Below are positions 1 to 7,021 of a stretch of DNA of 59,852 nucleotides, in pieces. The notes under the pieces are model-generated. The model worked only from the letters and a program-made list of their open reading frames with translations. It was not told the origin of the DNA and did no database searches. Position 1 is the first letter of the stretch, and each line of letters starts with the position of its first letter. The DNA lies in contig JACKGI010000004.1 of the NCBI GenBank assembly GCA_020632015.1, positions 1 through 59,852 of the forward strand, given 5' to 3'. Origin of the DNA: Candidatus Nomurabacteria bacterium (GTDB lineage Bacteria > Patescibacteriota > Minisyncoccia > Phycocordibacterales > UBA918). A program made the position numbers and the translations under genes.

Positions 1-808
1 ACCAGTCAGTTCTATACTGGCAAGGTTATTGGTCCAGACGGAGAATACATAGAGAGTAGTAGTCACGAAGCTTTGGTTGACGATGATACGTTCAATCAAG
101 TTCAAGCCCTGCTCGGCAAGAAAAAAGTCAGTGTTCACTACACCGAGAAACTTGACCACCCGATGCGTGGAATGGTTCGTTGTGCTTATTGCCAACGTGT
201 ATATACTCCGTATACAAAGAAAGGCATTTTGTACTTCAATTCTCGTTGCGTAAAAGGGTGCGAAAACACAATGAAGAACTGCAACTTCGATTTCATTTCA
301 GAGAAGGTGCGAGGATTACTGACCAACCTATATTTCACTGACGATGAATTGGCTGAACTTGATGCTCGAACCAGTACGGACATCTCATTGTTGGAAGAAA
401 AGAGAAATAAAGAGTTTGAGCAGATTGAACGCAAGAAGAAACGTGTTCGTGAGCAGTTGGCATATCTACGAACCAACCGACTTTCATTGCTAACTTCTGG
501 TGCATATTCACCTGAAAGTATTGTTGCAGAACAAAATAACCTTGATGCTGAATTGGAAGCATTACAAGATGGCGAGCAAGCATCTGACGTTGCAATGAAG
601 GAATTGATGAAAGATGTAGTGACTCTTTCAGAACTCATAAAAAACACTGTACCCATTTACGATTTTGCAAATCCACACGAAAAAGAGAAAATCGTACGTG
701 TGATTTTTTCAGAACTTTTTATTTCACAAAATACGTTGGAATATAAAGTCAAAAAGGGCTTTGAGCCCTTCATTGACCGCATTTCTGCTATTTGTGATCC
801 TACGGGGA
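1..808 (+). mobile_element. right end of a second, upstream integrative element (tandem to the element at 794..5863)
   Basis: A recombinase paralog terminates at a copy of the same att core that bounds the downstream element. The remainder lies outside the window. Confidence 0.45.
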
Positions 809-831
809 GCGATTTGGAACCGTATTGTTAA
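1..831 (+). CDS. large serine recombinase, C-terminal portion (5' end outside the window)
   Basis: Frame 1 is open from base 1. The product is collinear with the C-terminal half of the complete recombinase at 4352..5887 (FYTGKVIG vs LYAGIVKK, HEALV vs HEPIV, Cys-rich zinc-ribbon CAYCQRVY...C.KGC, coiled-coil, GFEPF vs GFGTA tail). The last codons cross a 15-bp copy of the tRNA-Glu 3' end. Confidence 0.75.
   Translation, partial: TSQFYTGKVIGPDGEYIESSSHEALVDDDTFNQVQALLGKKKVSVHYTEKLDHPMRGMVRCAYCQRVYTPYTKKGILYFNSRCVKGCENTMKNCNFDFISEKVRGLLTNLYFTDDELAELDARTSTDISLLEEKRNKEFEQIERKKKRVREQLAYLRTNRLSLLTSGAYSPESIVAEQNNLDAELEALQDGEQASDVAMKELMKDVVTLSELIKNTVPIYDFANPHEKEKIVRVIFSELFISQNTLEYKVKKGFEPFIDRISAICDPTGSDLEPYC
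794..808. repeat. 15-bp direct repeat GTGATCCTACGGGGA (att core, copy 1)
   Basis: Identical to 5849..5863, which is the acceptor/T-stem 3' strand of tRNA-Glu. Flanking bases are partly similar. Confidence 0.8.
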
Positions 832-876
832 ACAAGTACACACAGTAAATTTTTAATAAGATGGTAGAATCATTAC

Positions 877-1455
877 ATGAATGGTGATGAAGATTTTTTA
901 TATGCAAAACATGATATATCTACTTCAAACGGAGAGTTTGTAGGGGTTCATGACGTCGGATTATTAAAGAGTTCAGATGGCGATAGCTGTACAGTCTTTT
1001 TTATTACTGCCTGGAAGGATATTGTTGTCCCATGTTCATCGGTAGAGATATTTGATGAAACCAAAACAGGAGATGGGTTTTCAAAGAAGATTTGCAATGT
1101 TTGCCACAAGCTTAAAAATACAAGCGATTTTGAACCAAATCAGACTGGTGTTAATAATAGGGTCGTAAGGAGACCCTCATGTTCTTACTGTCGAAAACAT
1201 ATAGACGGAAAGAAGATGGATAAGTCTGATTGGAAAGAGTGGCAAAAAACAAAACCAAACCGAGTTCCTTTCGAATGTCCTATTTGTGGTAAAAGAACCA
1301 TTGCTGGTGTAACCAGTAAGGTCGTTTTAGAACATGATCATAAAAATGGTGAGATTAGAGGTTGGGTTTGTGATAGTTGTAATACAGGTCTGGGTAGATT
1401 TAAGGATGATGTCGGAATCCTTAACAGAGCAATTAGATTTATTAGTGGAAGCTAG
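877..1455 (+). CDS. HNH / endonuclease VII-type (beta-beta-alpha-Me) nuclease, putative type II restriction endonuclease
   Basis: C-terminal EHDHKNGEIRGWVCDSCNTGLG matches the EndoVII/HNH signature (DH..G..RG.LC..CN..LG). Two CxxC pairs (CNVCH, CSYC, CPIC) suggest zinc fingers. Convergent with and abutting a DNA methyltransferase. Confidence 0.7.
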   Translation: MNGDEDFLYAKHDISTSNGEFVGVHDVGLLKSSDGDSCTVFFITAWKDIVVPCSSVEIFDETKTGDGFSKKICNVCHKLKNTSDFEPNQTGVNNRVVRRPSCSYCRKHIDGKKMDKSDWKEWQKTKPNRVPFECPICGKRTIAGVTSKVVLEHDHKNGEIRGWVCDSCNTGLGRFKDDVGILNRAIRFISGS

Positions 1456-2315
1456 TCTTTGTGCTCGTGTAGACGTTTTTTAGCTATTTCAACGTATTCT
1501 TCAGAAATATCACAGCCAATGTAGTTTCTATTGTTCAACATAGCCATCTTACATGTTGTTCCCGATCCACACATTGGGTCAAATACAACATCTCCTTCTT
1601 CCGACCACGAGAGTATATGGTCTTCAGCAAGTTTCTCTGGGAAGATTGCGGGGTGTTCAAAAGCAATTCTATCGCTGGTTGATCCATGTAGTCCAACCGC
1701 ATATTCCCATATATTTGTTAAAGTTTTTTCTGGCTTGAGCTCTTTCTTAATTTTTTTATTTACACCATCTGCTCCTTTGTTATGTGGAAGTGGCTCAATA
1801 CCTTGTCTTACAGTTTTTGTTTTTAATGGATTAAAGGTTTTTGGTGATGACTTTGTGAAAACAAACATGAACTCATAACAATTTGTGTATGCGTTTGATC
1901 GCATAAATGGTGTGTTCTTTTTCTTGTATATCATCACATCATGCACATTGAATCCGACCTGTTGAAAAAGCAGTGCTTGCTTAAAGCTGGTTAAGCTTTT
2001 GTTACCATTTTTAATTTTGTCTCCAACAACCCAAATAACAACCCCACCTTTTTTCATGACTGCGTAAAGGCTTTTTGCCATCCCTTCAAAATCAAAATGA
2101 TAACCCTTGTAATCTCTTAATTCATCGTACGGCGGTGATGTCACAACAAGGTCTATAGATCCTTCAGGGAAACTTTTCATTACCTCTACTGCATTACCAA
2201 CAACAAAATCATTAATTGGTAACTTTTCCTCTTGTCCTATCAATTTTTCTTGCTTTGGTTGGCTTACGACCTTGTTTTTGTTAGTTGTTTGATGCATTGC
2301 CTGTGATTTTATCAT
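1452..2315 (-). CDS. DNA methyltransferase, beta-class N4-cytosine or N6-adenine
   Basis: Motif IV TSPPY lies near the N-terminus and motif I FDPMCGSGTT near the C-terminus (beta-class order). Confidence 0.85.
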   Translation of the reverse strand: MIKSQAMHQTTNKNKVVSQPKQEKLIGQEEKLPINDFVVGNAVEVMKSFPEGSIDLVVTSPPYDELRDYKGYHFDFEGMAKSLYAVMKKGGVVIWVVGDKIKNGNKSLTSFKQALLFQQVGFNVHDVMIYKKKNTPFMRSNAYTNCYEFMFVFTKSSPKTFNPLKTKTVRQGIEPLPHNKGADGVNKKIKKELKPEKTLTNIWEYAVGLHGSTSDRIAFEHPAIFPEKLAEDHILSWSEEGDVVFDPMCGSGTTCKMAMLNNRNYIGCDISEEYVEIAKKRLHEHKD

Positions 2316-2330
2316 ATATACATTTTTTGT

Positions 2331-2436
2331 CGACGCAGCAGTTGCACTTGACTAAAGCCGCCCGCACTAGTCGCGCCCGCCTGCGGAGCTTCGCGCCGCG
2401 AGCTTGTGAGCGGTGTGAAGGGCGGGGTAAGGGCGG
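2331..2436. other. GC-rich structured intergenic segment inside the element
   Basis: A local run of GC-rich sequence in an AT-rich context. AGCCGCCC (about 2364) can pair with GGGCGGCT (about 2426), enclosing GAGCTTCGCG/CGCGAGCTT quasi-palindromes. Confidence 0.4.
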
Positions 2437-3054
2437 CTAAGAAAACCAAAGACCCAATTTGTTCCTGATTCTTGTAACCTCTATGCCAACATCAAAGTGT
2501 GCCTCTCTAGCAATCTTTGCTTGCAAGGCAATTATGTCCTTCGTCAGTTTTTGGCCATTGTCTTCTTTAATATTTTTCATGTCATCTTTGAAGTCACCAA
2601 TCATAAGTAGTTGCATACGTGTAAATGGTTTTAGTGCAACAGACTTTTCAGTTATTTCCTTTAATACTCCTTTGTGGCCCAGATATCTATACCAAGCCTC
2701 TTCACTGACCTTTTCCTTGTTTTCTTCCCATTTCTCCATAAAATTATCCATAGTTGCTTCTTTGCCAATAATTGGCATAGAGGCAATGGGGTTTGTAATT
2801 TCGTTAACACAATTTCTCATGGAAAGCAGCACGCCTAGAATTTCTTTTGCTTCCCTTGATCTAAGTTCATGACCGAACGTTTTAGATGTCCACCAAGCCG
2901 TAAAAATAGTTACTAAAGTTACTGCCATAGCTTGAAAACTACTTAATATAACTTGTGTTTTTTCAGGTGCGAAAAAAATACCTGAGATAATGGCTCCCAG
3001 AAGTAGTCCAATGACAAACATTAGAACATCTGCTTTTGTAATCAACTTTTTCAT
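2437..3054 (-). CDS. hypothetical membrane protein (two N-terminal TM helices plus soluble domain), element cargo
   Basis: 205-aa ORF with hydrophobic segments VLMFVIGLLLGAIISGIFF and AMAVTLVTIFTAWW. No motif recognised. Confidence 0.6.
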   Translation of the reverse strand: MKKLITKADVLMFVIGLLLGAIISGIFFAPEKTQVILSSFQAMAVTLVTIFTAWWTSKTFGHELRSREAKEILGVLLSMRNCVNEITNPIASMPIIGKEATMDNFMEKWEENKEKVSEEAWYRYLGHKGVLKEITEKSVALKPFTRMQLLMIGDFKDDMKNIKEDNGQKLTKDIIALQAKIAREAHFDVGIEVTRIRNKLGLWFS

Positions 3055-3297
3055 TTCCTATTTAAAATACAACATGATTTATAATTTTCTTCTTTACAAC
3101 ATACTTCTTTTCTTTTGTCCCGTAACTTTTTCAGCTAAACAAGAGTTTTAAAGCACAAGCTCTAAAGCAAGCTTAAATATAAAAAAGCTAACTGAGAGCT
3201 AAAAAGGATAAAAGAAGTCTAGAATCCTTAAGCTTTAAAATAGTTTAAGGAGTTTTTTGTGCCCGCATAACAGCGGGCTTTTCTTGTGCTTCAAAAC

Positions 3298-3365
3298 GGG
3301 GTTCCAGTCCCTGCACCAGCGGTTTCGCGGGGCAGGGATGGACCCCGGAGGGGGACTTGATTAAT
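3298..3365 (+). promoter_or_regulatory. candidate double-strand origin (GC-rich imperfect hairpin plus ACTTGATTAAT nick-like motif)
   Basis: GGGGTTCCAGTCCCTGC (3298-3314) pairs imperfectly with GCAGGGATGGACCCC (3332-3346). ACTTGATTAAT at 3355-3365 resembles the CTTGATA nick core of phiX174/pC194-type origins. It lies 33 nt upstream of the Rep start. Confidence 0.5.
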
Positions 3366-3397
3366 CCCTCACTTAACTAATTAACAACTTAAATTAA

Positions 3398-4183
3398 ATG
3401 TCATACATCAAAGTAACTACATACGGCGATTATGTCGAAATAAATGAATACGAACATGATCTTATACGAAACCATGACGGACGCGCAGGCCGGCGGTCGT
3501 CAGCTATTAGCAATGATAATTTGGGAACTAGCAGAGAGGATTCACTTCAGACCGGGGACAGTGAAGAAAAAGTGGGGCGCCGATCCGATAACGCGTGGCG
3601 CGCTAGCATGGCTTTCCGAAGGCTTGTTTCAGCTAACCTCGGGAGAGGATCTGCACCACCTCTACTGGCTACACTTACCTACGGGAGCAATTTCACCGAC
3701 CTTAGTGCGGCGTATAAACACTACTCAGCTTTTGCGCAATCTCTCAGACGCAAGTTCGGGCATGACTTTAAGTACCTATGCGTCCCAGAATTTCAAGAAC
3801 GTGGCGCCGTACATTTCCACGCTTTCCTCTGGGGGTTACCCGAAGAACTTTTTCTTCTGGAGAGGGAAAATCGTACCGTGGCACAAATCTGGAGCCATGG
3901 TTTTGTCGATCTCAAAAGAACAGATGGAGCAGGGGCGTTGGCTGGGTACCTAGCTAAATATCTAACCAAAGCCTATGAAGACCCGCGTCTCAAGAATCAA
4001 AAAGCATACACCGCTTCTCGCAATATCATTCGTCCTGAAGTGTTTACGGGGAACTTCAGTGCCGATCGCATTCTCTTTGAATTAGGGGTTGATTCTGAGC
4101 CTGAAGTCTCACGCGAATACAACACAAAGTGGTTTGGTCGTGCCACCTATCGCAAATACAAGATTAACCATGATGAGCCTTAA
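3398..4183 (+). CDS. rolling-circle replication initiator (HUH endonuclease, two-tyrosine type)
   Basis: Motif 1 LLATLTY, motif 2 VHFHAFLW (HUH), motif 3 YLAKYLTK (Y-x3-Y, compare phiX gpA YVAKYVNK). Confidence 0.8.
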   Translation: MSYIKVTTYGDYVEINEYEHDLIRNHDGRAGRRSSAISNDNLGTSREDSLQTGDSEEKVGRRSDNAWRASMAFRRLVSANLGRGSAPPLLATLTYGSNFTDLSAAYKHYSAFAQSLRRKFGHDFKYLCVPEFQERGAVHFHAFLWGLPEELFLLERENRTVAQIWSHGFVDLKRTDGAGALAGYLAKYLTKAYEDPRLKNQKAYTASRNIIRPEVFTGNFSADRILFELGVDSEPEVSREYNTKWFGRATYRKYKINHDEP

Positions 4184-4349
4184 GCATCTTAGAGAAATAG
4201 AACCTAAACTCGCTAATGCTTCTGATGAAGAAGTGGCTCTTATTCGTGAAAAAATCTATGAAGTGGCGCACCTTGCATACGATTCTTATAAAGAAGACCG
4301 TGATTCCAAATTCGCCGTGGGGTCAGCGGAAGTGGACGATGAAAAATAG
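4170..4349 (+). CDS. small hypothetical protein (59 aa) between Rep and recombinase
   Basis: ATGATG start overlaps the Rep stop, and the ORF ends 2 nt before the recombinase start. Tight operon-like packing; no motif recognised. Confidence 0.4.
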   Translation: MMSLKHLREIEPKLANASDEEVALIREKIYEVAHLAYDSYKEDRDSKFAVGSAEVDDEK

Positions 4350-4351
4350 CT

Positions 4352-5887
4352 ATGTATGATACTGATATGACAGGAAAGCGAGGGATTATCTATTGTCGCG
4401 TGTCTTCGCTCGAACAGGTGGATGGAACTAGTCTTGAATCACAGGAGCGGATTTGTCGTGAATATGCCGAACGTGAAGGTATAGAAGTTGCTGATGTGTT
4501 TGTTGATCGAGGCGAATCTGCTAAAACTGCCGATCGTCCTCAGTTTCTTAAAGCAATTTCATTTTGTGGTCAAAAGAAAAACCAGATTGATTTTTTCATA
4601 GTATATAAATTAGACCGCTTTTCTCGTAGTCAGACCGATCACTTCGCTGTTCAAAACAGTCTTAATAAATATGGTGTCACTATTCGCTCTGCTACTGAAC
4701 CGGTTGATGAATCACCAATCGGAAAATTCTTAATGGGCACATTGTCTGCTTCAGCTGAATTTGATAACAGTATCCGCTCTGAACGTAGCTCGACTGGTAT
4801 GCGAGAACGCCTTAAGCAAGGAATCTGGGTCTGGCCGGCTCCTACAGGTTATCAACGTCTAGAAAAAGGCGGCGTTATGGTGCCTGATAACGACGCTCAG
4901 TATGTCCGCCTCGCTTTCAATGAGTATGTGAAAGGGACTCATACATACAAAACTCTAGCCACTCTCTTATTTGAAAAAGGTCTACGCTCAAAATCTGGCA
5001 AAAAGATTGAGTTTCAAACTATTCAAAAAATGATCCATAACCCTCTGTATGCTGGTATCGTGAAAAAGGATGAATGGGGCATCGAAGTCAAAGGACAACA
5101 TGAACCTATTGTCACTGAGTCACTATTTTATAAATGCCAAGGTGCCGGACGGTCACATAAGGGAACAAAGAAACAAGAAAAGAATCCTAATTTTCCACTT
5201 CGCAGACTGGTTTCTTGCGAGTGGTGTGATGATCCATTAACAGGTAGCTTTTCGACTGGACGTGGTGGCAAGAAGCACGGTTATTATCATCATCACAAAC
5301 AAGGTTGTCCGCACGCTAAATCAATCAAAAAGAAAGACCTTGAAGAATCATTTGTCTCTTTTCTAGAGGAGATAAATCCTACCTTTGAATTTGCCAACGC
5401 TTTCAAAGAGGCGTGTATGGAAATTTATCGAGAAGATAACACCAATGCTGAAAAACAAAACGAGACGGTTAGACAGCAGGTCGCTAGCCTGTATGAGAAA
5501 AAGAAAGCCATCTTTAACAATTTTGAAGAGGGTATCTATACCAAGACTGACTTCTTAGAACGAAAACGAGAAGTGGAACGACAGCTATATGCCGCTCAAA
5601 GTAACTTGATTGAAGTGCGGGGTGGCGAATTAGACTTTGAAGCCGCTCTTGATTACTGCATAAGTTTCATTATTGATACTCCTGATACTTGGAAGCGATT
5701 GGTAAAACAGCCTGAAAAAAGGCTACGGTTCCAAAATTTTATTTTCGAGGGCAGTATTCCTTATACACAAAACAACGGTTTTGGAACCGCTGTTTTGTCG
5801 CCTATTTACTCACTATCTGAGGAGTATAAACGTGATAAATCTTCGTTGGTGATCCTACGGGGAATCGAACCCCGATTTCCAGGATGA
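4352..5887 (+). CDS. large serine recombinase (integrase)
   Basis: N-terminal resolvase catalytic motif IIYCRVSSLEQ, DRFSR, a recombinase domain, zinc-ribbon CEWCDDPL...C, and a coiled-coil tail. The 3' end overlaps tRNA-Glu on the opposite strand. Confidence 0.9.
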   Translation: MYDTDMTGKRGIIYCRVSSLEQVDGTSLESQERICREYAEREGIEVADVFVDRGESAKTADRPQFLKAISFCGQKKNQIDFFIVYKLDRFSRSQTDHFAVQNSLNKYGVTIRSATEPVDESPIGKFLMGTLSASAEFDNSIRSERSSTGMRERLKQGIWVWPAPTGYQRLEKGGVMVPDNDAQYVRLAFNEYVKGTHTYKTLATLLFEKGLRSKSGKKIEFQTIQKMIHNPLYAGIVKKDEWGIEVKGQHEPIVTESLFYKCQGAGRSHKGTKKQEKNPNFPLRRLVSCEWCDDPLTGSFSTGRGGKKHGYYHHHKQGCPHAKSIKKKDLEESFVSFLEEINPTFEFANAFKEACMEIYREDNTNAEKQNETVRQQVASLYEKKKAIFNNFEEGIYTKTDFLERKREVERQLYAAQSNLIEVRGGELDFEAALDYCISFIIDTPDTWKRLVKQPEKRLRFQNFIFEGSIPYTQNNGFGTAVLSPIYSLSEEYKRDKSSLVILRGIEPRFPG

Positions 5888-5921
5888 AAACCTGGCGTCC
5901 TGACCATTAGACGATAGGACC
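5847..5921 (-). tRNA. tRNA-Glu (anticodon UUC), CCA encoded
   Basis: Manual cloverleaf: GGTCCTA/TAGGATC acceptor, anticodon stem CCAGG/CCTGG with loop TTTTCAT, T-arm CGGGG-TTCGATT-CCCCG, ACCA end. Confidence 0.93.
5849..5863. repeat. 15-bp direct repeat GTGATCCTACGGGGA (att core, copy 2, inside tRNA-Glu)
   Basis: Identical to 794..808. Confidence 0.8.
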
Positions 5922-6011
5922 AATATCTGGTCTTACTAAATATGACTAGTAAGTGCGCAACATAATAACAGACTATTTAAAAAAAGCTAGTCTAGATATC
6001 TTTTAATATCT

Positions 6012-6047
6012 AAAATCCCCGTAACTTTTTAAGGTTACAGGGATTTT
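6012..6047. terminator. hairpin terminator downstream of ORF 6096..6539
   Basis: AAAATCCCCGTAAC / GTTACAGGGATTTT stem with one mismatch, flanked by A/T runs. Confidence 0.5.
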
Positions 6048-6095
6048 GGACATTCATCTTCAGTCAGCATAATTTTTGGGCACAATATTATTTTT

Positions 6096-6539
6096 TTAAT
6101 TTACCATTACTCCTGTTGGTACATTATTGTGATTTTGTTTGACATTTTGTTTTGTCGATACACGATGAATTGAATTAGCGGGTATCGAAACTAATGGTGG
6201 AGGAAGGTTGTCCATCTTGTCCTTGTGTAGTTGTGCAGATTGCGGAAAGGCTAGTCCAATTTTAATCGACCCAATCTCCCTCGGCACTAGGGTCAGAGTG
6301 ACTAAACTTTGGTGTCTGAAAGCCTTTACCTCAACGTCTAAGATGCTGACTGCGGTTGGGTCGCAGATTATATTCAATTGCTTACCTTGCTCACTTGTGA
6401 GTGGTGTTTGCAAAAGAAAATTAACTGTCTCTGTTGCTCCACGATGTAGAGTAATATCGTGGAAAAAATTTAATCTCCGTACGTATGGACTTGCTAACAA
6501 GTCATCGTCGGTGATGAATAATGAGTAGAATCTAATCAT
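6096..6539 (-). CDS. hypothetical protein
   Basis: 147-aa ORF with no recognisable motif. DnaA-box-like repeats lie upstream of its start. Confidence 0.5.
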   Translation of the reverse strand: MIRFYSLFITDDDLLASPYVRRLNFFHDITLHRGATETVNFLLQTPLTSEQGKQLNIICDPTAVSILDVEVKAFRHQSLVTLTLVPREIGSIKIGLAFPQSAQLHKDKMDNLPPPLVSIPANSIHRVSTKQNVKQNHNNVPTGVMVN

Positions 6540-6732
6540 ATGCTTTTCGCTTGCGCGTAGTTAGAGCTGATAATTTTGCTCAACGTTGGCTGCGTATGAT
6601 GAAACGTGATGGGCGGGGAGCTACTTCGTTCAGACTATTGACGGTTCGCTAAACAGCTTGTATATGCTAGGTGTATATTCAATGCGCGTCAAGTGGGTTA
6701 TGGGCAGGGTTTTACCCTGTGTTTTACACGAG

Positions 6733-6764
6733 TTATATACAGACTTATGCACAAGTTATACACA
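6733..6764 (+). promoter_or_regulatory. three phased DnaA-box-like 9-mers
   Basis: TTATATACA (6733), TTATGCACA (6745), TTATACACA (6756), compared with the consensus TTATNCACA. All are direct, spaced 12 and 11 bp, and followed by an AT-rich tract. Confidence 0.5.
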
Positions 6765-6983
6765 GAAGCCTATTGAAATAAGGTTTTCTATATTGTATTG
6801 ACATATTTTTACGGTATGTGAACATGTATACAGGTTTGCGCGGTGGTGAAGTATCTAAATACTTACGCTCGAGGCTACGAGCAAAGCGCGCAAGCCGAAG
6901 CTCTACGTTGTACAAAGCGAAAGCGCCCTGGAGGGGGCGCTTTTGCGTTTCTGGATAGATATTATTTATACTATCTAGGTTAA

Positions 6984-7018
6984 TCTAAAGACCGCCAGCT
7001 TTGCTGGCGGTCTTTAGA
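6984..7018. terminator. intrinsic terminator downstream of trxB
   Basis: TCTAAAGACCGCCAGC-TTT-GCTGGCGGTCTTTAGA, 16-bp stem. Confidence 0.7.
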
Positions 7019-7021
7019 TTT

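Larger units (their letters stand above)
794..5863 (+). mobile_element. integrated ~5.07 kb element at tRNA-Glu (RCR Rep + large serine recombinase + R-M pair)
   Basis: Bounded by a perfect 15-bp direct repeat of the tRNA-Glu 3' end. Carries a recombinase, an HUH Rep with an upstream nick-like motif, a nuclease/methylase pair and an unknown membrane protein. Confidence 0.75.

Noticed and set aside
186-656. Antisense ORFs (186..656 and 335..595) opposite the partial recombinase. Similar antisense ORFs occur opposite most long genes, e.g. 8582..8782, 9821..10129, 20282..20789, 35720..36100, 50256..50807.
   Set aside because: These are shadow ORFs of well-supported genes on the other strand, with no independent signals.
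3444-3953. 169-aa ORF in an alternative frame inside the Rep gene.
   Set aside because: It is fully nested in the Rep ORF, which carries all three HUH Rep motifs. The alternative frame has no motif or RBS.
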